From the NCBI GenBank assembly GCA_049599895.1, contig JBMYPC010000065.1, forward strand, positions 1 through 16,601: a DNA stretch of 16,601 bases. The letters are read 5' to 3'. Shown in pieces: positions 5,059 through 15,100 of this stretch (position 1 is the stretch's first letter; each line of letters starts with the position of its first letter). The notes below the pieces were generated by a model that made no database searches, was not told the DNA's origin, and was given only the letters and a program-made list of their open reading frames with translations. This stretch comes from Bacteriovoracaceae bacterium. GTDB lineage: Bacteria; Bdellovibrionota; Bacteriovoracia; Bacteriovoracales; Bacteriovoracaceae. Position numbers and translations under genes: made by a program.

Positions 5059-8000
5059 CTATTCGAAATAAACGCTGTATTTGGAATCTTTTAAGTCCAT
5101 AACACATGAGTAATAACCACCAGCGAGACTCGAAGCGCCACCTGTAAAAATAAGATCCGAGACCCACGATTCTGCACCACAGTTTTCAGAGCTCCAGTTC
5201 CCGTCTCCAGAAGTTCCTGGAAAACTGGTTTCAATAGGCCCAATAATTTTATGGAGAGGGGCGTCATTATCGGAGTTCTCGAGAATACCAAGATTTGGGA
5301 AAAGGCATTTTGTCTCATCGGGATCAGAGGAGATGTCTTCTACAATGGCATCTGTCTCAACCCAAAAGCCTAAGAAGTCAAGGTCTGGATCATTCTCAAA
5401 ATCTTTAACGGCTTGAAGTTCAGTTTCAGACGTTAATTTTAATGTGGGAAAACTTGAACCGAGTTTAATTGTGGTTCCAGCGCAGTTCTCAGCGGCTTGA
5501 ATAGGACCAGTTAAGTCACTTTCAATGATATAGGTGATTCGATTATCATAATCGATTGTCATATCAGTATCTGGAGCAAGAATTTGGGTTGTATTGGCTT
5601 CAGTTGGCCATGCATGAAACGGTTTTGCTGGATAGGGATTTCCTCCAAGGGCCTTTGAAATAACCCATGGAGTGATCGTGACATTGTATTTTGCTCCAGG
5701 AACAAGGCCATTAATTTTTACAGTGATAACTCCATTTGTTTTCGAAGCAAGTCCACTGTCGATAAGACTACTCAATTGAAGAGTTCTTACAGCTCCGACT
5801 TTGATCTCGTAATCATCAATGGACTCGACCCAATCAGTGTCGATTTCAAATTCATTGAAGCTAAACTGAACCCAAGCACTGACTTCACTTCCACCAGTGA
5901 TAGAAGTTTTTGGAATACTATAAGTTTGGTTATAGTTTGTATTCTCTCCCGGGGGATCAAAACCAGTGACACTAAATGGAGGGGAGTCAACATCCCCAAC
6001 AATAGAGAAATAAATCTTTCGCGTGGGACATTCATCAATAAGATTGTTATTAATAAAGTTTGCACAATACTCCATATAAAGTCCTTCATGACCTGCGACA
6101 TTCTGACTATCACTTGCGTCAACAAAAGTTTCATCTGTTCGATAACCCACGGTCATGACACATTCATCACCTGGTCTAAGACCTGTGGTTTCAAAGTCGT
6201 CACAACTTTCAACTCCAGGGTAAAGAACTGGTGGGTGAGAGTTACTGACATAAATTCTTTGTTTTTTTCTTTTCTCAAAAATGTGCTTGAGATAAGGAGG
6301 GATGTCTAAAACCTTGGCACTCATTCCTCCGAGAGGTTGAGGGTTTTTGAATTTGATTTCAAAGAGCTGATCCATGGTGGGTTTTCCAAGATCTGGGAAC
6401 TCCTCATATTTTGCGGTATGAAGGTAATACGGTAAAGGTCCGGGAAGTACATTGTGAAGATCTTTGAGGTATTTTGGTAGGACAAGACCTAGTTGTGCGA
6501 CATCACTTGCGGCATTATTGTTATTCCAAAGATTTTGTGTTGCACCTGGGAGTTTAATTACAACTTCTTGAGGAGTGTCGTCCACATCGAGAAGTGTTGA
6601 GCGTATATTATTGGTTGCATCTGTTGCATCAGCGTAAAGATACATCTTCGATCCAGCAGTTAAAGTGGTTGAAGTCTTATTAAGTATGAGGTAGCGACCA
6701 TCGGCTTCAACAATCGTCGCTGATTCATCTCCCGATGCTGATTTTAAGACTTGTCCAGTTGTGAAAGAAAAACTATCAATTTCTGTTGATTTAAAGTCTT
6801 TGTCAGCATCGTTTGTAATCATAAGTTCAGCACTGTCGTTGAGAACGATACTATATTCATTACCTCCAAGATCTTGAAATTGAAAATAGTCCACACCGTC
6901 GTTGAAGGTTTGGCCAAGACGATTGGTATTGGTAAAAATGGGAGAGTCGTCGTTCACTGTAAACTCATCTAAGTAGGAAGCTAAGAAACTTTTGGCTTCA
7001 ATTTCAAGCTCAACTGTTGGAAGAGATTGGAATTTAAGTTCAAATTGCTCGTACATCCTTGATCCATCATCAAGTTCGTAAGAAATATTCACTGTTCTAG
7101 AAAGTGGGTTTGGTTCATAGTTATCAGGTTTATAGACCACCGAGATGAGACATCTCTCGTTTTGACTTAATTGAAAAGGAGTCGAAGCCCCTGCAAGGTC
7201 GTCACAGGTGTAACCAGCGTCATCTTCATCAACGAAGATAAAGTTATAGTCTTTAGTATTGAATTCAAACTCATCACCTAAAGGTTTACTATTTTGTTCA
7301 GTGACGGGGGGGCCAAGAATTCCATATGTTTTCGTGAGGTAAACTTCCATATTCTTGATCGGAACACTCTTGTTGTTTTTAATTTCAATATAGTATTTTT
7401 TATAATAACTATCTTCTGCAACGTCTGTAACGCCATATGTTTGCTGATAAACGGACTTGTGAAAAATCTTTCCCGTTGTGATGGGGATGCTTGAGATGTT
7501 TTCCAGGGAATCGCAATTTGCATCATCTGTATCTAAGAAAGGATGATCAATTTCAATGACTCCTGTTTCTGAATTTGGACAAACTTCAAAAGGATGAATT
7601 GTTACGGTTGGTGCAGGAGTTTCTGCGACAGGAAGTGTTCTTGCGATAAAAAGAATTTTCTTTTTAAACTCAACTTCTTCAAATAGCGGTTCGTGAGACC
7701 CGTCAAGTAAAAGATAACCATCGTCAATATTGTCAGTGTCGATGCCTTTACCTTTGTAACCCTTGGTTACTTCTTCTGATTCCGCACAATATTCACCATT
7801 TCTTCCGGTGTACATAAAGTTTCCAGACATATATCTGACTTCTGCTTCAATTAAATGAATGGCGCTCGCACCGGTTGTGTTTTTCTTGATGAGCATGACA
7901 AACTTTTCCATCTCATCAACAAGGTCATCAGGATCATTAAAAGTTGTTAAGTCTTTTTTGACCACAAGTTTTGCGGGATCAGTTGTGTCGAATATATCAA

Positions 8001-11000
8001 GAGCGGCCTCAAAGTTATTATCTTCAACGAAAGTTATCGCTTTGTCACTGGGGTCTGGATAAGTGAAAGTAATGTCTTTAAGAGTAAGGTTTTTGTCTTT
8101 TGTAAACTCAACAAGTTTCACTCGATCACTTCCTTGATTTGTGAAAGAGCCAAGATAAACCACAAAGTCATAATCATTGTATTCGTCGGATTTTGTTGGG
8201 TCAACCGTTGTGATTTTATTCATGATATCTGTTTCTTTAGAGAGAAAAAAGCTTTGTATCTCAGGATCGACATGTGATTGAGATGCTGTTGTCTTTTTAT
8301 TATAATAGACCGGTTTGATAACGAGATCTTCTTCGATATTTGTTTCGGTATCTGCTTCAATTGTACTTCCACTAGATCGAATAAGGGAGTTCGCCGGTAA
8401 AAGTTGCGATTGAAATGAAGGGTAGAAATAACGATTTCCTTTAGTCTTGTTATCAAAAGCAATTGTTCTTGAGGACGGAGGAAGATCACTGAGAAATGAA
8501 AGTCGATTTCCAAGAGTGGGATGTCCATCTGGCATTGGTTTTGGTTTATCGAGATCTCCATCATAATAATAGAATGAAATGGGATTGGTGTGGTGGCCAA
8601 CCCCTACGTGACGTGGTGAGAGCATATCAAGACTTCCCCGACAAGAATTCTCGTTAGCCGAAGCATCCCAGTTCCCTGTTGCGTAGCCCACAAGGAATTC
8701 CTCCATATCATAATTTTTAACGGAGGGATCATCTGTAAAGTCCGAAAGCCCTATTGAGTTTTGTTGGCCATGATCGGTTCTTGTCTCTTTGTGGCCATAG
8801 GGAGCTTTATAACGAAAGGAGAGCATACAAGATTGTCCAGGTTGCAGGTTCAGGTTTGTTGTTGCCGCAACAGAATAATAATTAAATTCTGGTGTACCAT
8901 CATCGACGGTTGTATCAAGTGGGTCCTCTACATCTTCTCTTGGGCCATAAACATTGGGTTTGTTTCTGATAAGGTCATAGCAGTCAATATACTTATCAAA
9001 TGTATCATTTCCTACGGTGACCGTTTCTCCTAGATCAAAGACTGGGTGACTTTTTCGATCAACATGATACTCTGGTCCTGCTGTAGGTGCTTTTGAACGA
9101 ACCAGTTGCACAATATTTTTATATGAAAAAGGGGCATCCTTATCATATTCTAGGGGATGACTTGGGTCGACATAGATGTAAGGGATACTCCCACTTCCGA
9201 TATTTTCAAACATGATATGGCGATAGACAGTGAGTCCATTAGGAACCTGTCCGAAATCAAGCGTACTTGTAAAGGTCCCTCCTGCGGTCGTGCTTGCCGT
9301 TTCAATATTTCGCATACGGATTTTTCCCTTAGAAACAAGGGAGGCCTTAAAATGAAATTCGATTTCTCTCATGATGAGATTGTCGTCAGCATCTGTTCTT
9401 CCTGAACCATCATGATACTCAATGATAAACTTCTTAGAGTTGTTTCTTGCCGTGATGATATAGTCATCTTTTTCAACACCATCAGGCCGGTCGTCATATT
9501 TGCTTGAATCTTTTGAAATATCATAGAGACATGACTGTTGAATGAGCTTATTACCCATAATCGGAGTGAAATCAAAGTTGATGTCACAGGTTCTTCCGAG
9601 TGGCTCGATGACAGTCCCTTCTTCTGCATTAGTACCATTTATGCAGTTATGGGAAATCTTTTCAAAATAAGGAGTAAAACCACAATTTTGATTAAGCGAT
9701 GGAAGACCTGGACCTGGAAGCTCAATCTTGACTTCATCTCCGTCCGAGTCCTCGATAATGGAATAAAGTTTTACGTTGGTGGCCTGAGTCTTCCCTGTAT
9801 TTTTCATTTTAATTTTAAAGTGATAAGGAAGAGACTTTCCTTCTTGAACCATTGCGATTCTACCGAGGTCAACTTCATAATAGATTCGGCTTCGATCAAA
9901 ACTGATAATATCTGAAACGGTTGCTGAAGTGTCCGTAAAGTTTTCACTTAGAATGAGGCGATCGGCAAGAACGGAGCTGATTTTGTAGTTCTTTGTATAG
10001 GGAGCGGGAAGAACTTCATCTCCTATGAAAACATATTCCGTAGGATCGGTGCCTGAAACATTGATGACATTGCTGCCGTTTGTGAAAGTAAAAAGTGCTG
10101 AAAATGTTTCAGAGAAGTTGTCATTGAGGCCATCGAAGACTTCCAGTCCTGGTGAATTGATTGTACTGTCTGTGAAAGGGGTATCAAGAGTAATCGTTGT
10201 TGCCGTTACAGCAATCACTTTGTATTTGTTGAGATAGGGCTCTGGACGAATGTTTTGATTCGATTTGAGTGCTATTAAAGGATCAATTCCAGTGACGAGA
10301 ACTTCATTGCTTCCATTGGTGAAAGTAAAGTTTCCAGAAATTCTTTTTTCACTGATGTCAACTCCACTTCCTTCAGGAAGGACGATTTTTTCTGAAAGAT
10401 AGCTAATCTCATCAAGAGCGATTTCTCCAAAAGAGACAGATCTTGCGTTTAGATAATAAAGAATATCTGTTTTGTAGATATGAGTATTAACGGTTTTTTT
10501 CCACCTTGAATCATATTCAACAAAAAATGGCATGTTGGGAAAGTCTCTTATTTCAGCATGAGCGCCATCGGCTTTGAGATTTGCATTGATCCCTGGTTTG
10601 AAATGAACATCAAAGAAGCAGGTTTCATTACCGTAAAGAGCAATGTTAAGGCCCTTGACGTCTCGATCAGCATGAAGACAGCCATCAAGATCGACAATTT
10701 CATAAGGAAAGAAATCGTTATGAAGAGGAGTCTTGTCAGGAGAGTCTTTCAGGCAATAGTGAAAGCTTGCACTCAAGTCAGCACAGGTATGGCCATCAAG
10801 AAGGTTCGCGGCTTCCATGTCTGATTTTTTGATGGAAAAGTTACCTCGAGACCATTCTCCGTCTTGAGGATGAGGAACAAAGAAAAATCCACCATCATAA
10901 CAGCTTAAGGTCGCTTCTCCTGGAGCATCGAGAGGATTCCTTTCACAGACAACGAGTCTGTCAGCTCCGTCAAGTTTTGACATTTTTGTGTTGATATCAT

Positions 11001-12102
11001 CAGTGGGAATGATGATATTTTCATCAACAACCAATTGGTCTTTAAAACCGACAAAGACTTTATCAATTTTTCCATCCGAAAAGCCTTTGTTACTGACGCC
11101 TAGCTTGATTTTTGATTCTTTTCCAGCAGTAATATCCGACGAAGCCGTAACAGGGTCTTTGAAGGTTTGGTTTTTGGTTGTACTTGAAGCATCAAACTTT
11201 GCCCGAATTTGTGTAGAGAAAGCTTTATAGGTCTGTTGCCTTCGATCAGTTCGACCGAGTTGATCCATCTTAAATTCGATATCAAAAATAGTCGTCAGAT
11301 TGGCTTCAACAAAAGGAGTGTTATTGGTGGGGTTATAGGCAACGACAACCTCACAACTTTCTCCAGCAGGAAGAAAGGCCGGACATTTATTTTCCGCTAT
11401 CGTAAAGGCAGTATCATAGCCAGCACTGTTGGGAGTGAATTTAAGACCGTGGGCACTAAGCTCTCCAATATTCTTTAAAAGAATACTTTCAAACTTAGGG
11501 TCTGCGTCAGCTTCAGGTACCGCCACAGAGAAAAAGGGAAGAAAAGGATCTTCAACCTCTTGAAGCCCTAGATCAATTATCGCTTCAGTATTTTCAATAA
11601 AAAGCTTTGCCGGAAGTCCCGTAAGAGCGGTGATACTAAAAGAAGTGGTTTCGGCTTCAATTAAGTTTTTATAGCTAACATTGAAATCGTATTTTAAGTT
11701 TCCAGATCCTTCAGGAGCAAATGTCACGACGACTGTACATTCTTGACCAGGGGCAAGCTTACTACCACAGGTCCCGCCATCTCCTGGGTAAACCGAAAAA
11801 AGTCCGTCAGTTTTATAATCGACTCCGGTCACTTCACCAGTATTTTTAAGAACCACATTAAATTGAGTGAGAGGATGTTCTCCGTCATTTTTAAAAGTGA
11901 TTTCATATGCAAAACCAGGGGTGTCAAGAGCGAATTCTCCGACTTCAAAGGGGTGGTTTGCTGAGATGATAAGATTGCCATAATACTTTTCAGCATTTTG
12001 AACTTTTACCTCGGCTTGCTGGCCTGGTATACAGCTTACCAAGAGTCCTAGGAACCCCAAAAGGAGGGCTTCGAATAGGGATTTAAGTTTAAAAGACTTC
12101 AT
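5059..12102 (-). CDS. Giant (~2347 aa) surface lipoprotein with repeated Cys-containing Ig-like (choice-of-anchor D/ASH-like) domains and a C-terminal FN3-like domain
   Basis: ATG 12102 overlaps the upstream TAA and follows GGAG (12113-12116). Signal peptide II MKSFKLKSLFEALLLGFLGLLVS-C24. About 7 motifs of the type L.PG..C.h.h.F.P, e.g. GTCGSKLAPGQECTVVVTFAP. VKINGLVPGAKYNVTITP is FN3-like. Confidence 0.9.
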   Translation of the reverse strand: MKSFKLKSLFEALLLGFLGLLVSCIPGQQAEVKVQNAEKYYGNLIISANHPFEVGEFALDTPGFAYEITFKNDGEHPLTQFNVVLKNTGEVTGVDYKTDGLFSVYPGDGGTCGSKLAPGQECTVVVTFAPEGSGNLKYDFNVSYKNLIEAETTSFSITALTGLPAKLFIENTEAIIDLGLQEVEDPFLPFFSVAVPEADADPKFESILLKNIGELSAHGLKFTPNSAGYDTAFTIAENKCPAFLPAGESCEVVVAYNPTNNTPFVEANLTTIFDIEFKMDQLGRTDRRQQTYKAFSTQIRAKFDASSTTKNQTFKDPVTASSDITAGKESKIKLGVSNKGFSDGKIDKVFVGFKDQLVVDENIIIPTDDINTKMSKLDGADRLVVCERNPLDAPGEATLSCYDGGFFFVPHPQDGEWSRGNFSIKKSDMEAANLLDGHTCADLSASFHYCLKDSPDKTPLHNDFFPYEIVDLDGCLHADRDVKGLNIALYGNETCFFDVHFKPGINANLKADGAHAEIRDFPNMPFFVEYDSRWKKTVNTHIYKTDILYYLNARSVSFGEIALDEISYLSEKIVLPEGSGVDISEKRISGNFTFTNGSNEVLVTGIDPLIALKSNQNIRPEPYLNKYKVIAVTATTITLDTPFTDSTINSPGLEVFDGLNDNFSETFSALFTFTNGSNVINVSGTDPTEYVFIGDEVLPAPYTKNYKISSVLADRLILSENFTDTSATVSDIISFDRSRIYYEVDLGRIAMVQEGKSLPYHFKIKMKNTGKTQATNVKLYSIIEDSDGDEVKIELPGPGLPSLNQNCGFTPYFEKISHNCINGTNAEEGTVIEPLGRTCDINFDFTPIMGNKLIQQSCLYDISKDSSKYDDRPDGVEKDDYIITARNNSKKFIIEYHDGSGRTDADDNLIMREIEFHFKASLVSKGKIRMRNIETASTTAGGTFTSTLDFGQVPNGLTVYRHIMFENIGSGSIPYIYVDPSHPLEYDKDAPFSYKNIVQLVRSKAPTAGPEYHVDRKSHPVFDLGETVTVGNDTFDKYIDCYDLIRNKPNVYGPREDVEDPLDTTVDDGTPEFNYYSVAATTNLNLQPGQSCMLSFRYKAPYGHKETRTDHGQQNSIGLSDFTDDPSVKNYDMEEFLVGYATGNWDASANENSCRGSLDMLSPRHVGVGHHTNPISFYYYDGDLDKPKPMPDGHPTLGNRLSFLSDLPPSSRTIAFDNKTKGNRYFYPSFQSQLLPANSLIRSSGSTIEADTETNIEEDLVIKPVYYNKKTTASQSHVDPEIQSFFLSKETDIMNKITTVDPTKSDEYNDYDFVVYLGSFTNQGSDRVKLVEFTKDKNLTLKDITFTYPDPSDKAITFVEDNNFEAALDIFDTTDPAKLVVKKDLTTFNDPDDLVDEMEKFVMLIKKNTTGASAIHLIEAEVRYMSGNFMYTGRNGEYCAESEEVTKGYKGKGIDTDNIDDGYLLLDGSHEPLFEEVEFKKKILFIARTLPVAETPAPTVTIHPFEVCPNSETGVIEIDHPFLDTDDANCDSLENISSIPITTGKIFHKSVYQQTYGVTDVAEDSYYKKYYIEIKNNKSVPIKNMEVYLTKTYGILGPPVTEQNSKPLGDEFEFNTKDYNFIFVDEDDAGYTCDDLAGASTPFQLSQNERCLISVVYKPDNYEPNPLSRTVNISYELDDGSRMYEQFELKFQSLPTVELEIEAKSFLASYLDEFTVNDDSPIFTNTNRLGQTFNDGVDYFQFQDLGGNEYSIVLNDSAELMITNDADKDFKSTEIDSFSFTTGQVLKSASGDESATIVEADGRYLILNKTSTTLTAGSKMYLYADATDATNNIRSTLLDVDDTPQEVVIKLPGATQNLWNNNNAASDVAQLGLVLPKYLKDLHNVLPGPLPYYLHTAKYEEFPDLGKPTMDQLFEIKFKNPQPLGGMSAKVLDIPPYLKHIFEKRKKQRIYVSNSHPPVLYPGVESCDDFETTGLRPGDECVMTVGYRTDETFVDASDSQNVAGHEGLYMEYCANFINNNLIDECPTRKIYFSIVGDVDSPPFSVTGFDPPGENTNYNQTYSIPKTSITGGSEVSAWVQFSFNEFEIDTDWVESIDDYEIKVGAVRTLQLSSLIDSGLASKTNGVITVKINGLVPGAKYNVTITPWVISKALGGNPYPAKPFHAWPTEANTTQILAPDTDMTIDYDNRITYIIESDLTGPIQAAENCAGTTIKLGSSFPTLKLTSETELQAVKDFENDPDLDFLGFWVETDAIVEDISSDPDETKCLFPNLGILENSDNDAPLHKIIGPIETSFPGTSGDGNWSSENCGAESWVSDLIFTGGASSLAGGYYSCVMDLKDSKYSVYFE

Positions 12103-15100
12103 TAAAAATCTTCTCCATAAACCATTACTGAACATCGACCTGAGAGAGTAAACTCTTTTTCAATTAAGCTCTGCATTGAGAGGTTTAAACTGTATCTTCC
12201 GGTGTACTCATCAGAAAAGTTTCCACCGTTGAAAAAGTACCCTGTTTGTGAATTACTTTTATTGACTGGGCGTCTGGTTCGAAGCTGAAGATCTCCATAA
12301 GCTCCGTTTGCATGCATGAATTGCCCAAGACTCGTGATTCTTCGAATGATGAAATTACCTTGTTTTCGAGTTTCACCTGAGCCATCAGCATGGTCACAAT
12401 AATTATCAAGATTTGCGGCATCTGTAGAACATCCTGAAGCGGCTAAATTATAATCTGCAACATAGTCATCTCCAGCTGATTGATCTTCGACATCTTCGAT
12501 ATAAGCAAGAATATTACCTCTTGCAAAGAATTCGGTCATGTCATAATTTGGGTTATTCGCTCCATAGTTCGCCGAAGTGTAACCATCTTCATAATCATCA
12601 ACACCAAAACTTTTAATAAGACTTCGTCCGGTAAAATAAGCACAGTCTGAAGTTGCAAGGGCATCCTCTGTCATGGGATCTCCATCAGGGTCTTCACATT
12701 TTCCTTTCGAATCATCAGCACCGCCAATCGTCTTATCAATAAGATTTTTTCTTAGATCATCAGTTGTAATAAGTTTATGATCGCCGGATGTGGCATCGCA
12801 TGCTGATCCATTACAGGCAAGTGGGAGTCCAAGAGTTGGTGAAAAATAAGTTGATTTATCATGTGGATTGAAATGTTCTCCATTGATCGTTTCTTCAAAG
12901 AGTGCGAGAGAATGCTCTTTTTTAGTCGGGTCATCCATGTTACTAATAAGGGGAGGAATAACCTGGGAGTTATTTCCAAACTCAAGAAACCTTCCATTAG
13001 AAGTATCTCTCAACATAAGGACACTTTCTTGATCATAAAAGTCATCTTGAGTGTAAGTGGTGGCACCTGTCTGAGGCTTGGTGAGAAGTTTCGCTCTTTG
13101 AATAACGGCTGCAGAGGATGCCGTTCCATCAAAGTCATAATTTGTTCTAAAGAAATCACCATAAATTGATTCAAAGGCAGAGCTTGGAGTTGGAAAAGGT
13201 TGAAAGATATCAGCACTTCTTTGCGCTGAATAACTTGTCACACTACAATCCCCTGGGAAAGCTCCAAGCTCTGGTGCAAGTTTTAGCTCTAAGCCAGTCT
13301 TTGCATTTGTGATGGCGTATGGTGGGAAATCTCCCCCTGGCCAGGTGTCAAGAGCATTAAAGAAAGAATCTCCATCAATAACTCCTCGGCCAAGTCGCCA
13401 CTGAACACTTTGAGGATTACACCAGAAGTTGTCAGTTCCCACTTCTTCGTAGTTTCCAATCGCATCTTGAATACCAAAGCGAGACTTGCAGTTATGAGTG
13501 GTGTAGACATTAGGACTATCTGAGTCATCAAGTCCTGATCCACTCCATAAAGGATGGTCGTTACCTGAAGTTTCAGCTCTTGGGAAGTTTCCTAAAAGCT
13601 CCGCTCCAATTGTCCTAAATAAACTTGGTGCGAGTCCGCCTGTCCAGCGTGTGTCGTTATTACAAGCACCATCTTCGTCGTCACTGGCACCTTCAACACT
13701 CAAAATCTTTGCTTTGTCAAATGTTTCAGGCCAAGCAGCAAAGGCAACAAATTCTTTTCTTCTTGGAAGGCGTTTTTTAATTCCAACACCTTGGTTTCTG
13801 GCCTTGACATCGATGGCGACAAAAGATTCGGTATCATTTCTAAAGCCGACATTGATATTATAGGTCTGGCAAAGCTTATGAAATTGTTTTTGTGAGAGTC
13901 CATCAATGGGAGGGAGCTTGGAGTTATTTGAAGTCATGACTCTTGTTAGAGGCATATCGGGATGAAGTCGTCCGGTGTCTGTTTTTTCAAGGTCGGTATC
14001 AAGTTCCATTGAGGCAATTTTTCGATTTGGGGTTGAACCTGACTCAGTTCTTAAGTCCGGTGCATCCCAAAGACCTCCATAGAGATCTTCACTTTGAAGA
14101 ACATCGAGAACCGTCTTTTTATAAAGAAAGTCACTTCCAAGATCTTTGACGACAATATCAGTGGGAGTTATCGAAGTTTCATGACGCTTATCTTTTGAGA
14201 TGGTCCAGTCTGAATCGAGAACCTGAGTAAGACCAATCCATCTTGGTCTATGAGTCCCTTCCATATTTTTTATTTCAGCATGACTAGGGTTTTCAATTGA
14301 GCCAGCATAGTCAACAGTCCCATCACCTTTATTGGAATCAAAAACAGTAGAGCGAATTCCACTTAAATTGATAAAGCATGAAGTAGGAGTATTCTTAGAA
14401 GACTTTAAAAAGAGAGCTCTGGTTTCGTCATCACCTCGATTGTCTCCATTAGTGTCATAGGCATTGCCAGCAAGGTTTGAAAAGCGGCTGGGATCAGTAC
14501 TTGAAAAGAATCGATTAAGGAGCATTGTCCGATTGTTTCCAGTGGCATAAGTTGGGTTGGAAGTTCGATTGTGCATGTACCTCATATAAAAAACAGCACC
14601 GAACTCAGATTGAGCAGCTCCGGGAGGGTAGTTATCATCATCGTGAAAGTTATTATCTCCTGAATTGTCGTAAGTGTTGGCAACTTGAAAAGGCTTATTA
14701 TGATTACCAGAATCTGAATTAACGTTATGAAGTTCATGGGTTCCATATGACCAGTCGGCACTTGGAAAGCGGTTAAAAGTACTTTGAGTGTAAGCACGAT
14801 AACAGTATGGATTTGACGCCGTTGTATTGACTGGTGATTTCTCTTGAAAGAGCCCTGGGAAAAAATACTCATGCCGATGATGCGTATGTTTTGAGTCATT
14901 ATTTTTTGCACGGTTATCACAGTCGGCGGCTCTATAGGCAGCAATAGACATCGTCTCATGGTCTGTACGCTCAGCGGAGCTATAACAGTCTCCAGGACGA
15001 ACTTGGTTATGAAGGAAAACTCCTTCTTCGTCATCGGTTACAGTCCCTGCTCCTTGAGCTTGTTCGGGAGAAAAACAGCCGACTTGAATATCTGATTCTT

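Noticed and set aside
12110..12250. Diversity-generating retroelement variable region
   Set aside because: The fold is compatible, but I see no template repeat or reverse transcriptase in the window.
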